DNA of 64,000 bases from positions 11,656,001 to 11,720,000 of the forward strand of contig NC_045138.2 in the NCBI RefSeq assembly GCF_008831285.2, in the 5' to 3' direction. The DNA comes from Nymphaea colorata. Its lineage: Eukaryota. Position 1 is the stretch's first letter. Each line of letters starts with the position of its first letter. A program made the position numbers and the translations under genes. The notes beneath the pieces are model-generated. The model was not told the DNA's origin, did not search any database, and worked only from the letters and a program-made list of their open reading frames with translations. Positions 51,501 to 63,500 of this stretch are shown here, in pieces.

Positions 51501-54500
51501 CGTTGATTTCTTGTGATGCATGTCAGTTTGCTAAACATGTGAGGGCTTTGTACCCTATTTCTACTAGTTGTGTAATGAAGCTTTTTCCTTGGTTCACTCG
51601 AATGTGTGGGAGCCTTCGGGAATTCATACCCGTCAAGATTTTCAATATTTTATAACTTTTATTGATGACTTCTCTCGGACCACCTTTGTGTACTTGTTAA
51701 AGGATCGCAGTGAGGTACCTCATATCATAGAGACTTTCATTCTACTTGTGCAAACTCAATATGGTGGAACTGTTAAAACCTTTTGATCGGATAATGCCCG
51801 TGAGTATATGTGTCAGTCAATTGAGGAGTTCCTTCGAAAAAGGGGGATTGTTCACGAGACGTCCTGTAGTTATACTCCCCCACAAAATGGGGTGGTTGAG
51901 AGGAAGAATCGCCAGCTCCTTAATGTCACCAGAGCCCTTTTGTTTCAGAGGAATCTTCTCAAGCACTATTGGGGTGATGCAGTTCTTACTAGTGCGTATC
52001 TCATCAACCGCATGCCCAGTCGTGTGCTGAATGGACGGACTCCCCATTCTTTACTTCCGGGAAGTCGGATGTAGTCAACCTTTTCTCCTCCCCCCTCGTG
52101 TTTTTGGCTGTGTGTGTTTTATTCATGATCACAATCCCAATGTTAAGAAACTTGATCCCCGGTCTATTAAGGGTGTGTTTGTTGGGTATTCTTCTACTCA
52201 AAAAGGATATTAGTGTTTTGATCCTACCACTGGTCGAGTTTATGTTACAAGGGATGTTACCTTCTTGGAACATGCCTCTTACTTTTGTGAGAATCCTCTT
52301 CAGGGGGAGAAGTCTGTGGTTAGGGAAGAGTATTCTCAGAGTCAGGAGATTCAATTTACAGATTTTTTGGACAATAAGAAAGGAGAACCTCTCACAACTC
52401 TTGATGTGCCTGAGAAGGAGGAAGGGTGTGACACTGGAACTGAGAAGGAAGGTCATCGTTTGTTTGGACAGGTCTACTCTAGACGAGGTGCTCGGACAGA
52501 GGAGGTGACTTGTGGTGCGAGATCTACTTCCAATCCCAATGTCATTCCTTCCCTGGATGAACCAAGTCCTACCTTGAAGACTCAAGATGGGGTTGAAAAG
52601 GAAAATGAAGATCTTCCCATTGCCTTGAGAAAGGGTGTCAAGTCATGTACTCAACACCCGATTGGTAATTTTGTATCTTATTCCAGACTTAGCAAGGATT
52701 ACAAGTGTTTTGTATCCTCTCTTTCTTTGGCTGTGATTCCCAGGACCGTTGCTGAAGCTCAAAGTGATTCCAAGTGGGCTGATGCTATGAAAGAAGAAAT
52801 GGAAGTCTTGAGAAGAAACATGACATGAGAAGTTGTGGAGATTCCTGAGGCGGCTCACTTGGTTGGATCCAAGTGGGTGTATACCATTAAGTACAAACCC
52901 GATGGAAGTGTTCAAAGATACAAAGCTCGTTTTGTGGCCAAGGGGTTTAGTAAAAAATATGGGATTGATTATTTAGAGACTTTTGCTTCAGTTGCGAAAA
53001 TGAAGACAGTTAGAGTTGTTATGTCCCTAGCTGTGATGAAGGAGTGGAGGATGTACCAACTCGATGTTAAGAATGCTTTTCTCAATGGTGATCTCGAAGA
53101 AGAAGTGTATATGTGTATGCCCCCAGGATATGAAGAACCAGAGAAATGTTGTAAGCTGAAAAAGGCTTTATATGGCCTCAAGCAGTCGCCTAGAGCATGG
53201 TTCGAACGACTCAAACGAGTGATGCAACATCATGGGTACAATCAAAGGAATGGAGACCACACTCCATTTGTGAAGAAAAGAAAGGGCAGAGTCACTCTTT
53301 TACTTGTATATGTGGATGACATGATTGTCACGGGTGATGATGAGCAGGAGATCTTCAAGTTAAAAGTGTTACTGGCTGCTGAATTTGATCTCAAGGATCT
53401 TGGCAAACTGAAGTATTTTCTTGGTATTGAGATTGCTAGATCCAGTACTGGCCTTGTGCTAAACCAAAGGAAATATACATTAGATCTGTTGGAGGAGACT
53501 GGTAAACTGGGATGTAGACCCGCTTCTACCCCACTTGATACTGGACACAAGCTAAGCCTTAGAGATGGAGAGCTGCTCTGTGAAGAAGCTAAGGGAAGAT
53601 ATCAACGTCTGGTCAGAAAGTTGATTTATCTTACCCTTACAAGACCAGATATCACGTTTGCGGTGAATGTACTGAGTCAATTCATGCATGCACCTACTGA
53701 TACACACCTGAAGGCTGTGGACAGAATATTTGAAGAGAAATCCTGGCAAGGGACTCTTGTATGGGAAACAAGAGACTGTAGAGATTGAGAGGTACTCCGA
53801 TGCAGACTGAGCAGGTTGTGTTGATACTAGACGGTCTACCACAGGGTATTGTGTCTACTTAGGAGGAAATCTTGTTGTCTGGAGGAGCAAGAGGCAGGAT
53901 GTGTGTTCTCGATCTAGTGCAGAGGCAGAGTATAGAGCTATTGCTATGGGAGTGTCAGAGTTACTATGGCTGAAAATATTGTTGACTGATATCGGAATAG
54001 AGGTTGAAGGACCAATGAAGATGTACTGTGACAACAAATCTGCAATCAACTTAGCCAACAACCTTGTTCTACAAGACAGAACAAAGCATGTTGAGATTGA
54101 TCGTCACTTTATTCGTGAAAGGATTGATGCTAAAGAGTTAAACTTACCTTACATGAAGGCTGAAGACCAAACCGCTGATGTTCTGACGAAAGCTCTATCT
54201 TCAACGTCATTCGAGAGAAACGTATCCAAGTTGGCCATGTTTGATATGTATGCCCAACTTGAGGGGGAGTGTTGACGGATCTTGGTGTATGGGTCCGGGT
54301 CTGGACCCGATCCAGTATGTCCTAGTTAGGGCATACTTATATCATTGTAAACCCTAATCAAAAAGGTTAATGAAGTTTTAAGAGAGAGAGTGTCTGACGG
54401 CTAGTGGGCACCGACCTCCTCACCCATGGTTTTTTCTCCCTCTTGTTGAGGGTTTTCCACGTTACATCAGTTGTTCTTCTCGTTTTTACTATTTCAACAG

Positions 54501-57500
54501 TTTTGACACCTTGATGGAACCTCTTTGGAAGTCAAGGGTATTGGTGATTACAAATAAGCTACGTACCAGAACTATAGCACCCCAAAAATTTAGTCTGTAT
54601 TGAAGATTGTGAGGGATCTCTAAGGGTTTATAAAGAGGGTTATTACATAAATGGTTGTTATAGTTCCTAGCCTTTTGGGGGTTGGAGCCGAAACTGTTAG
54701 GAGGCGAGTTGGAATCCACCAAACCAGGGGTCCGAGCCCAAGAGCGGGTCTGGTTGTTACAAGAACTTTGTTAAAATAGCAAAATGTAAATAGTAAGTAT
54801 ATTTTGATCTTATACATATGCATGTCTATATACATCAATCGATATATATTGGATTAGTGTGAATGTTTTCTGAGGCTCTCTTCATATTGATCATCAGTTA
54901 CTGCAATAAAGATTGTTAGATTTTTGAAGAATCAAATCGGTGCAAATCAGACTGGTCACCAACTGTTCGACATTTCTTCAATCAATCTTCATTCTTCTCC
55001 CTGAAAGACTGTTCGACATTTCTTCAATCAATTTTCATTCTTCTCCCTGAAAGAACCAGACTGCTGCAAGTTTGCGGGGGATGTGCTGGTCATTCAAGTA
55101 GATTTTCAGGGAAGTTTTTGGATTGCTGCCTTGTGATATGTATCACAAAATTTTCTATATTTCTTGCAAGTTTTCACGATAGCTGAACAACATGATGGAT
55201 CCTTTACTATCAGGGTCAAAACTTAATGGCGCTAATTGTATTGTCTGAACTAGTATTCTCCAAGCTCAAATTAAAGAGAAAGTGTTATGGGGCTATCTTG
55301 GTGGCACCATACCCAAACATGAAACAAAACTCACTAAACTAGAAAAAGGAGAATTCAGGATTCTTGAAGGTATTGAAAGAGAAAATGCATTGGACAAATA
55401 CAACAAAAAAATGTGAGGAATGAGAAATGAAAACTTTAAGATTCTTTATTGGGTTTATGTGAAGGAACAGTTGCAGAGAACATAATGGCAATAAAATGAA
55501 AAAGGGGAACAATAAACAGACCAAAAATAAAGATTACCATCTTTGCACCAAGTCCAAATTTTCCTCTAGTTTGTCTTAGGCCATATTTTGTCCCAGATAG
55601 AACTGTGAGAGGAAAAAATTGTTGATGCAACATTTAAGTACCAACGAACAATAATAATAATAATAACAACAAGAACAAAAAATATAGTATTAGTTGAGAG
55701 GAAAAAATTGTTGATGAAAATGTTAAAGAACATATTGTGATGAAATCCTACTAAGTTGGAAAGAAACTGGGTATAATGTCATGGGAAATGAATGGATACA
55801 CTGTCAAAAACATTAATAAATTCTTTTGTATATTGTCGTAAAAAAATATTATATTTTTTAAATCTAGATTTGTTAGATACTCCAAAAATTATAGATGTTT
55901 TGTTTCATAATTTTAATGATGTTATGCAGGACCAGAGACAGTTACAGCAAATATAGAGCTGCAGATAAGAATGTTGACTTCAGAGAATTCACCATTCCTT
56001 TCAATTCCATGTGCTACTCATGGCTTTCATCTCATGCTTGGAAATCTTGCAAAGATGAATGAGATACAATCAAGTGTTGAACAATGTCAAGAAATTACAA
56101 AATACATTTATAATCATACTTATTTGTTGAGCTTAACGGAAAAGTATACACATCGAGGTGAACTGATCTGGCCCACACAAGGTAGATCTACTGCAAATGA
56201 TTGGACAATACAGAGTATAGTGAAACAACAAAATGGTTTGAGGCAGATGTTTTTTGATGATGATTGAGTTGTATATCGACATGCTCGAAAGACAAAGTCA
56301 AGGGAAGCTGTAGATATTGTGTTCAACAGACATTTTGGGAATCCTGTGCCAAAGTATTGAAAATTAACAGACCTTTGTTAATGTTTTAAGATTAATCGAT
56401 AGTGATAGACTTGTCATAAGGTAGTTCTATAAAGCTACGAATGAAGCAAAAGAGGCTATTAGAGAAAACCTCAAGGAAAAGAAGAAGTTCTATTATGGAA
56501 TACTATAGATGAAAGGTCTGTCTAGGCAACTTCATCTGCCCTTCATGCCACAACAGATTAGCTATATACTCGTTGAGATATCTGCAACATTTAAAACGGA
56601 AAGAGAAGTAAACAAGGGCTTATTAGACTGCTTCGAGACATTAATTACCGAGCCTAACATACACGATGTCATTCATCGTAAGATGGAAATATATGATAAC
56701 TGTCAATGTGACATTAAAAAGAAGTGCATCCATTCAAATACACTGACCCAAGGCGGATTCCAATGGCACCCCAATTTCATTTTGAGTCAGGCCAAGACCA
56801 GGACTCACATGCTATGGACCACAACTCGGGCTCCCACCTTGACCCCCCATTCCCCACAGGGCTCAATTCAAAGTCCCACCTATCCATATAAGGATCTGAC
56901 AAATAGTTTAGGAGACCTGAGGTTCAGCCTTTCGAGCTATCAGTACTTGCATCATCCCCAATTATTGTCATGGGCCCTACCAAACCCCACCTACCCATAA
57001 CTTGAACACTCTCCCCAAACCTCAGACTACACCCTATCAGGTACCCCCAGCAATACTACAGCACCGCTTGGGCTCCCTAGATTGGTCCCGCTCTTACAGC
57101 AGGACTGACAAGGGCAGCCTCAAGGCTACCAGTTGCAGCATGAACAGGCTCATCAGGAACACCTGCATGTGAGGACAAAGGGTCAGCCACCCCCACAACA
57201 TGTTGTCTGTGATGACGATGTGTTAGAGATCACAAACTCTAGAGATAAGGCTTTCTGGAACGAGCACCCTTCAGGAATAGTGGCTCATGACAGACAACAG
57301 GAGCACAGATAGGAGAGTCCCTCCACATACGACCTCAAGCTGGAGTTGTCTAAGTTCACAGGCAAATTTGATGCAAAATCATTCTTTGACTGGACCTATG
57401 CAATGAGGTTCACGCTTGATTACCATGACATACTAGAACACCAACAGATTCCTTTAGCCTCCACCAGATTACAGGGTCTCCCGCAGATGTAGTGGGTACA

Positions 57501-60500
57501 GGAATAGCACATGATTTCTACATGTGCCGAGCTGAGTTGATGCAGATGAAGTTTGTCCCTTCAAACTTAAACGAAAGGGTGTGCCAAGAGTACCATGAGC
57601 TTCTTCAAGGGTTGAGGACTGCGATGGAGTACATTGCGGAATTTCACCACCTGTCACTATGTGTTCAGGTTGCAGAGACTGAGTGTCAGCAGGTCACTAG
57701 GTATTTTGCATGTCTTCGCTCCTCTATTAAGGATGCCTTCAATTGCTTTATAGTAGAGACAGTAGATAAGGCCAGTAGCCATGCCATGAAAGTAAAAGAG
57801 TCCTAAAGCATAAACATGAGTATCGCATGTTGAAGTCTTGGTTTCAGTCATCCTAAGCCGAGTACTTCAACCTGGGGAACAAGTTCCTCAAAGTTGGAAG
57901 TCTCTAGTTCAAAAACCAAGTCTAAACCTATGTCTGCTAATAGTGGAAAGGGCTAGCATTCAATATTCGGTCCAAGTCTAGCACTGTTGATACTTTTGTC
58001 CATTGTTTTAAGTGTCAAGAGCTAGGTCATGTGCAAGCAAAATGTCCTAATGTAGTCAAGAGAACTGTCATTGCAAAACCTGGAGACAGTTGTTAAGTCT
58101 GATCATGAGGTTGTCAAGAGTGAGTCGGACTGACGCCCACATGAACAAAGAGGTTGTCATGTATAATGTAGATGATATATACAATCTCTTATCCATATTT
58201 CATATCTTAACAACGCCGAAGAGCCTGTCACACCATAAGTGGTTGCAAAATAGCCTTTTTTAGGATAAAGTGTCATTGTGAAGGGCATGCTTGAAGTATC
58301 ATAATAGATAGTGGATCGTGTAAGAATATGGTTTCTCATATATTGTTGATAAGTTGAACTTAAAGAATGAGAACCTACCTCATCCTTACAAAGTATTATG
58401 GTTTAAGAGAAGCAATACAGCCACTATCGCCCATAGATGCTTAGTGAAAATTTCCATGGGACAATACTACAACGAAGTGGTTAGGTGTGACATAGCTCCT
58501 ATGACTGCTAGTCATATTTTGTTGGCATTTGTGGCAGTATGACCGTAAGGCTATTAACGATAGCCCTAAGTCACCTGGGTGCGCCATTTTTGGCCTTGCA
58601 CCCGCGTCGACACGATGCAGGTGCTGGTGCGGGTGAAGGTGTGCTCCCGATGCGCAACCAAAATGGTGAAACAAGAATCGGGTGCGGCTGACCGAACCCG
58701 ACTAAAATCGTCCTTTTCTAACTCGCAACCAACTCGCGTTTGACCCGAATCGGGTGGGGTCAAATCTGAGTCAGTTTATTTTCATCCAATTTTTAGGGTT
58801 TTTTTTTTAATTTTAACAAAGATAGCCCGCTTCGACCTCACCCCTTGTCTCTCGCCCACGTCTTCCTCGCCCCTTCTCTCTCGCTTGTGTCAACCTCGCC
58901 CCTTTACCGCTGCTTCGTCTCTTCCACCGGCAGCTTCATCTCCATCCGGCGACCGGCGACCAGCGTCCCGGGCATCATCTCCGTCCGGCAGGTTTCCTTC
59001 TTTCCCTGTTTCATCTTTCCCTATTTCCTCTTCTTTGTCCCTCTTCCTCCCTTCTTCTTTGTCCCTCTTCGTCACTCTTCCCTGTGATTCTTGCTCTGCA
59101 CTTGCAGCTTCACAAAATAAATTGTTTTTATTACTGATATTATAATTTTCTACTGAATTTTTTTCCTGCATTGCAATTTATTGTAGAATATCTATTTCAT
59201 TGCTAGATGTGAACTTGCATTTCACGTTTGAAATCTGAAGACCATGGGCTTCTTTTGCCGTAACCTAGGTTTGAGTGTGAGATTTAGTGTCTTCAGCTGA
59301 TTCATTTTTGTGTGGCTCAACAGACATTCTTCATATTTTTTTTTTCATGTCACTGTATATCCTCTGCCGTGGATTGCTGCTTTTGTTTTATATTCTGATT
59401 TTTGTGAAATCTGGATAGCTGCAGTTACGCAGTATATAGTCTCTGCTGGTTTATTTGAACTTTGCTGGTTTCTTTATATTCTGATTCTTCGTCCCTATTG
59501 CTGGTTTCTGAGTTGCAACTTGCGAATTTGAAATATGATGTAGCAGCATGACCATCCTAGATATGTTTCGCAATATATGCTAGAAAATTTTCTCGACGTC
59601 CTGTTACTGAATTTTAGACTGCTGTTACAGCTTTTAGCTATCATTTGCTATGCAATCTAAAATAAATGGTGAACTTGTATGTTATTTTAGTTTTCCCTAA
59701 TAATGAAACTGATTCAGCTACTTAACATCAGTTTGATTTTATTGGAATGCTTATTTTCTTGGTCTTCAAACTTTCAAAACTACTGGGTGCAAATTAACTG
59801 AGTTAATTCTGATTATTGTATATGAATCAGGTTGTGTAATGTGTACTTGTGTAATTGTGTTATTCAAGTGCATGTGCATTTGTCCATTTATGACTGAAAG
59901 TGAACTATGCAGACTATCTATTCTTAAATTTGTTATATTTGAAATTTTTTATTTTGAACTTTAAAGGTAAAACCATAAAAATGGCAAACAGAACGAAAGG
60001 AAAATAAGTTGTTTCAGATTCTCCTCCAATAGGTTCTTCATGTACTGTGAATGTGGATAAAAGTGATGTTTCAAAGTCTTCTACACTATCTGGTGAAGCA
60101 TTTGCATATGAAGAACAGCCACTATGGAAAGAAATGAAAGCGGTCACTAATGATGTAGGCAGTGGCGGTGGAAATGTGCATTTTGTATGCAAATACTATC
60201 AAGGTACATTTGTAGGATCTTACACAAGAATTAAGGCACATTTGTTAAAGTTGTCAGGTCATAGAATTCGAGGATGTAAAAGCATTTCTACGGGAAAAGC
60301 TCGAGAGTTCAAGAGGTTGCAAGATCGTGCTGATGCAATCCACAGCAAGAAGAAAACAAGTATTATTGTGACAAATCCTAAGAGTTCTGATAGAAAAAGA
60401 AAGACTATAAAGACATGTTTTGATTATTGCTGAAGAGCAGAAATAGATAAAGTGATTGCTAAGTTTTTCTATTCTAGCTACATTCCTTTCAATGTAGCTA

Positions 60501-63500
60501 GAAATCCATATTGGAAGAAGGCTTGTACTATGCTTGCAAATAGCAAATGATCAAGATATAGACCTCCTGGTTCAGAGAGGTTGTGCACATCACTTCTTCA
60601 TAATGAAAAAAACGAGGTTGAGCAAAGTTTAGAAAGAAAAAAGTCTAAATGGACCACGACTGAGGTATCAATTGTTTCTGATGGGTGAACAAATATTCAA
60701 AGACGTCCACTAATTATTTTCATTGCCATTGCACGTGATGAACCAATATTTTGGAAGTGATGAACCAATATTTTTGAAGGCAGTTGATGCATCTGGAGAA
60801 TATAAAGATGCTAGATATTTGAAGCAATTATTTGTAGAAGCCATCAAGGAGGTTAGTCTTGATAAAGTGGTGCAGTTCATTACAGACAATGTTGTTGTAT
60901 GCAAAAGTGTTGGACTTAGTTTGAGGTATGGTTTTCCACATATTTTTTGGACTCCATGTGTTGCACATACTTTGAATTTAGCACTGAATGACATATGCAA
61001 TCCTCCAAGACAAGATACAGATCCTAAGGGACATGAGCTATTGTCATGAATTCAAGAGATTGAAAAATATGCAAGAAATATTAGAAATTTCATCGTTAAT
61101 TACCAACATGCATTGTCTCTTTTTAGTAGTTATTCTGATTTGAGATTGTTAAAGGTTGTAGAGACACGATTTGCTTCAATAATTGTCATGTTGAAAAGAA
61201 TTCAAAGAGTGTGAGATGCACTTATTCAAATGGTGTTTAGTAGAGAGTGGAGCTTTTATCAGGTTGAAGATGAGGCTAAAGCTCACAGTATTAAAAACCT
61301 TATTGTTGAAGACAAATGGTGGGATAAAATTGCATATTTTTTGGATTTTACAGAGCTACTTTGGTGCATGTTGAGAGCTGTTGATAAGGATGAGCGTATG
61401 CTTCATAAAGTTTACGAAATGTGGGACAATATGATCGAACAAATTCAGTGTATAGTTTTTAAGAAAGAAAAAAAAGACATTGTACTTGATAATTCAGAGT
61501 TCTTTGATCGCATACATAGAATATTAGTTGAAAGATGAGATAAGAGCAATACTCCCTTGCATTGCATGGCTCATTCTTTAAATCCCAAATATTACACTAA
61601 AAAATGGATTGAAGGAGCTCCTGGACGTGTTACTCCAAATCTAGATAATGAATTAAACGCTCAAAGAATGTCATGTATGGACAGACTTTTTATAGATTCT
61701 TATACCAGAACACAAGCTATTTGTGAATGTAACAAAGTTTTCTTTAGGAGATTTTAGTTTAGAAGGCGCAGCAGAAGCAAGAGAAGATGATGACTTGAGT
61801 CCTTTCGATTGGTGGGCATCCTATGGATCAGAAATGCCCGTGCTTCATAAACTTGCTTTGAGGTTACTATCACAACATGTTGCATCATCGTGTTGTGAAA
61901 GAAATTGGAGCATATATGATCATATACACAACATTAAAAGGAACAAGCTCACTAGCCAACGTACAGAAGTCTTGGTTTATGTGCATTCTAATTTGCGTAT
62001 TCTTTCAAGGAAAGAAAAGGAATACAGGTATTTCTTTATTAGGTTGTTTTGCTTTGCTCAATTTCTTATGTTGTATTAGATTTTTAAAATTTTTGTGGTA
62101 CATATTTTTTATTGTTTAACTTTCGTCTTTAATAAAATGCAGTTGTGGATCATCTCAATATTGGGATGTAAATCCAGATGAATTTGATTTCGATGGAGAA
62201 CGCAATTTATATACTACTAACATGGATTTTTCTGATCCTGTTATTCCTTCCGAGGCGTTTGATGATGATGATATCATTGAAAGCATTGAAAAAAATCAAG
62301 ATAAGTGGAACGCAACTCTAATTGATGATGTAATATGTATTGATGTATGCACTATGAAGTACGACTATATGAACTTTGAATCTATGATCTGTGAACTCAA
62401 AAGTCAAAACAAGAGTATATTTCTTGTTGAATGTTGAACTGATGATTGATAATGATATCATGATTAGCAAATTGCAATTTTGATCTTGTTATTTAATAAT
62501 TTTGTGGTTTATAGACAATTTTTGTCATATATATCATATACATATTATTATTATTATTATAAATTAATAATAATAATAATAATAATAAAATACCCAGTCA
62601 CTTAGGTTCCTTCTTTCCCTCCTTATCTCTTCAGAAAAATGAAAGGAGAGAAGGAGAACAAAGGAGAGAAACCTCCTTCCTCCTATCACATTCATATCAA
62701 AAATGCTAAAGATGGAACAGAATGGGCGGACTCAGGAACTTGTACCCTTTTGCCCTCTCTCTCGGACTTTGCATCAGAAGGATCAGCTGAAAGGCCCTCT
62801 TGCATCTCGTTTACAAAACATATCTTCTCCTTACAAAAATAAACTGTATGTTTCTAATAACCAAAAATTGTTTTTGAAGAGAGGACCATATCCTTGCCAT
62901 GTTTGTATCTGGATCCGTGCTGAACCTGTTCAGTAGGGAGACGGGCTAAGAACCCACATTCCTATTAAACAGGTAGTCCATACTCCATATATCAGAATTT
63001 CCAATCGTTATCAAACTATAATTTCTTTCCAGGAATTAGGTCTGGCCCTCCATCAATTGATTTACTAATAAATATCCCCTGAGAAACACATGAAGGATTG
63101 GTGATAAGTTCTATATTTCATTTCAGATGTAACTGATGCAAAGAGGAAAGATTTTCTCGCTAAATTAGGGAGAGATATGCTGACATATCAAAATCCTGAG
63201 CAAAAGTTTCAGCAGAAGCTAGTTTTGAACCTGCTAGTTAATTAGCATAATGTTAATTGAGGTTGCTATAGGTGAAGCAGGTAATCCAATTAGCATATGC
63301 TATTACACAGAATCAAGGAACTTAGATTGAACATTTGGTCATACTGCAGATTAAGTATAGATTATAAATCAGGTCCATAATTCACTACATTGCACACCAA
63401 CACATGCTTTCACAGTGGCTTTGTGGTACGGGTTTTAAGGTAACTTCTGCTACATTTCTATTGCAACAAACCTCGTCCAAACATATTAGGAATGTCCTGA

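Noticed and set aside
58558..62613. TSD for the large hAT element
   Set aside because: Flanks CGATAGCC and GTTCCTTC do not match, so the right boundary is uncertain or rearranged.
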